A stretch of 64,000 nt of DNA from Geosiphon pyriformis uo1 (lineage: Eukaryota > Fungi > Glomeromycota): the NCBI GenBank assembly GCA_016748015.1, contig JAAOMT010000003.1:4373-68372 (forward strand). The letters are read 5' to 3'. The position numbers and the translations under genes are program-made. Within the stretch, counting starts at the first letter, position 1; each line of letters starts with the position of its first letter. Below are positions 62,670 to 64,000 of this stretch, piece by piece. Under the pieces are notes generated by a model. The model ran no database searches, was not told the origin of the DNA, and was given only the letters and a program-made list of their open reading frames with translations.

Positions 62670-64000
62670 ATGGAGAAATTTTGGCTAATTTTTTGCAACA
62701 ATATTTTTACATCTATTAAAATTCTTATTCTTTTATTAATTTTAAATTTCCCTCAAAGTAATTCCTCGTTCAACCTTACCTTTAAGGAAGAAGTTGAGGG
62801 ATTCATTATATTTAATAGTTACACTGATTTTAAAGGAACTGTCCTCTTGCGATTGATAATGAACAATAGCCAAGTTGCATGTTATTATCCTGACGAACCC
62901 CGGATACATCTTCGTGTTATCATTTCCGATGGCCATGTTAACCAAATTGATTTACCACTTAATACCCTGAATATTTCTCGTCAACATTTTTGTCCAGAAG
63001 ATTTTTTATGGTTTTATCTAATTGAACCTCAATCCATTCTCTTCACCTATTATGACTTTCGAAATGAGGAACCTTCTTTGAATGAATTTTATGATGAAAC
63101 TGGAGTGATTCTATCGTATTCAGGTGAAATATTGAGGTATGAATTGGTTTTTTTTTCTCTAAAATTTGATAAATACAAGATTTCTTAACCGTTTGATATC
63201 AGTAAGTTTCCCATCGGTCGTGGATATCCCTTGAATGAAACAATAACTATCAGTCTTTTGCCTCAAGGTGGATTTATGCGAGCTTATCTGTGGCCAAATA
63301 ATACAATCAGTTGGACGACATTTTCTTCACCGTAAAAATTTCTTTTATTTTATCCATACATTTAACGACAACTAGATATTTTGTGAAATATAAATTATAA
63401 AAATTTTTCTTCAATAGTGTCAATGGCATAGTGACAAAACTTGCTGAAGGCATTTTTTATGTGCCTCGTTCCCAAGAAGTTTTTGTTCAATATTACCCTT
63501 TTCTATTACTCGATGGTGGATATGGTTGTGCTATTGTTACAAATAGCTCATTGCCTCAATTAATTCCTGCCAATGCCACAAGAAACGAGATTTTTTCTAC
63601 CGATGAAGTTGCTTGGACTGTTTATGCCATACTTCTTCGAGGGTGTACTAAAGAATTAAACGAACTTTCAATTCTCTACCAAACTTCAAAGTCATGGGAC
63701 AACGTGAGTATTGGACCTTGTCGCGTAGCTCTTGATGGCTCAGGATATGGATGCTTCATCACACCAAGTTTAAATGGTTCTCCACCGTTCATATACAGCA
63801 TTCGTTTTATTTCGGAAGGGGCAGTTATATCTTTTCAGAAATTGAGGGCTCCAACTGAGACAAACTATACAATGTTCGATTTTTATAATGTTTTTGCTGG
63901 TGGCTATATAGTGATCGGGAAAATTGGTCAACAGAGAATCGGTGACTTGTATAATACCTCGGGAAGTAAAATTAACACAGTTAAAATTAGCCAAAGAAAG
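62670..64000 (+). CDS. Secreted/membrane protein of unknown function, 5' part (runs off the window)
   Basis: Exons 62670-63136, 63203-63331 and 63418->64000 are phase-consistent. Hydrophobic leader; motifs LLDGGYG, ILYQT, C...DGSGYGC that I recall from expanded Glomeromycotina surface-protein families. Confidence 0.75.

Overview
AT-rich eukaryotic (fungal) genomic DNA with short GT-AG introns. Gene families and repeat style point to Glomeromycotina; the LINE proteins resemble what I recall from Geosiphon/Archaeosporales, which is an unverified inference. Bases 1-37 kb are mostly a transposon graveyard. It holds several copies of one L1-like non-LTR family (gag-like ORF1 with CCHC knuckle; ORF2 with APE, RT, RNase H and a C-terminal zinc finger) at very different stages of C:G->T:A decay. 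It also holds two copies of an apparent ORF1-only partner element sharing that LINE's 3' end, plus Tc1, Sola-like and LTR-like relics. Embedded in it is a spliced Crinkler-type P-loop NTPase + PD-(D/E)xK nuclease gene. Bases 37.5-53 kb and 60-64 kb carry host genes: a Myb protein with an internal 444-bp duplication, a DUF3455 secreted protein, two Ser/Thr-rich GPI-like proteins, an ACP5-type purple acid phosphatase, a BTB protein and a secreted/membrane protein cut by the window edge. A Tn5/Nextera mosaic-end adapter at 8097-8115 marks an assembly artefact. The most interesting candidates are the HAL1-like ORF1-only retroelement and a RIP-like, transition-dominated mutator acting on repeats.
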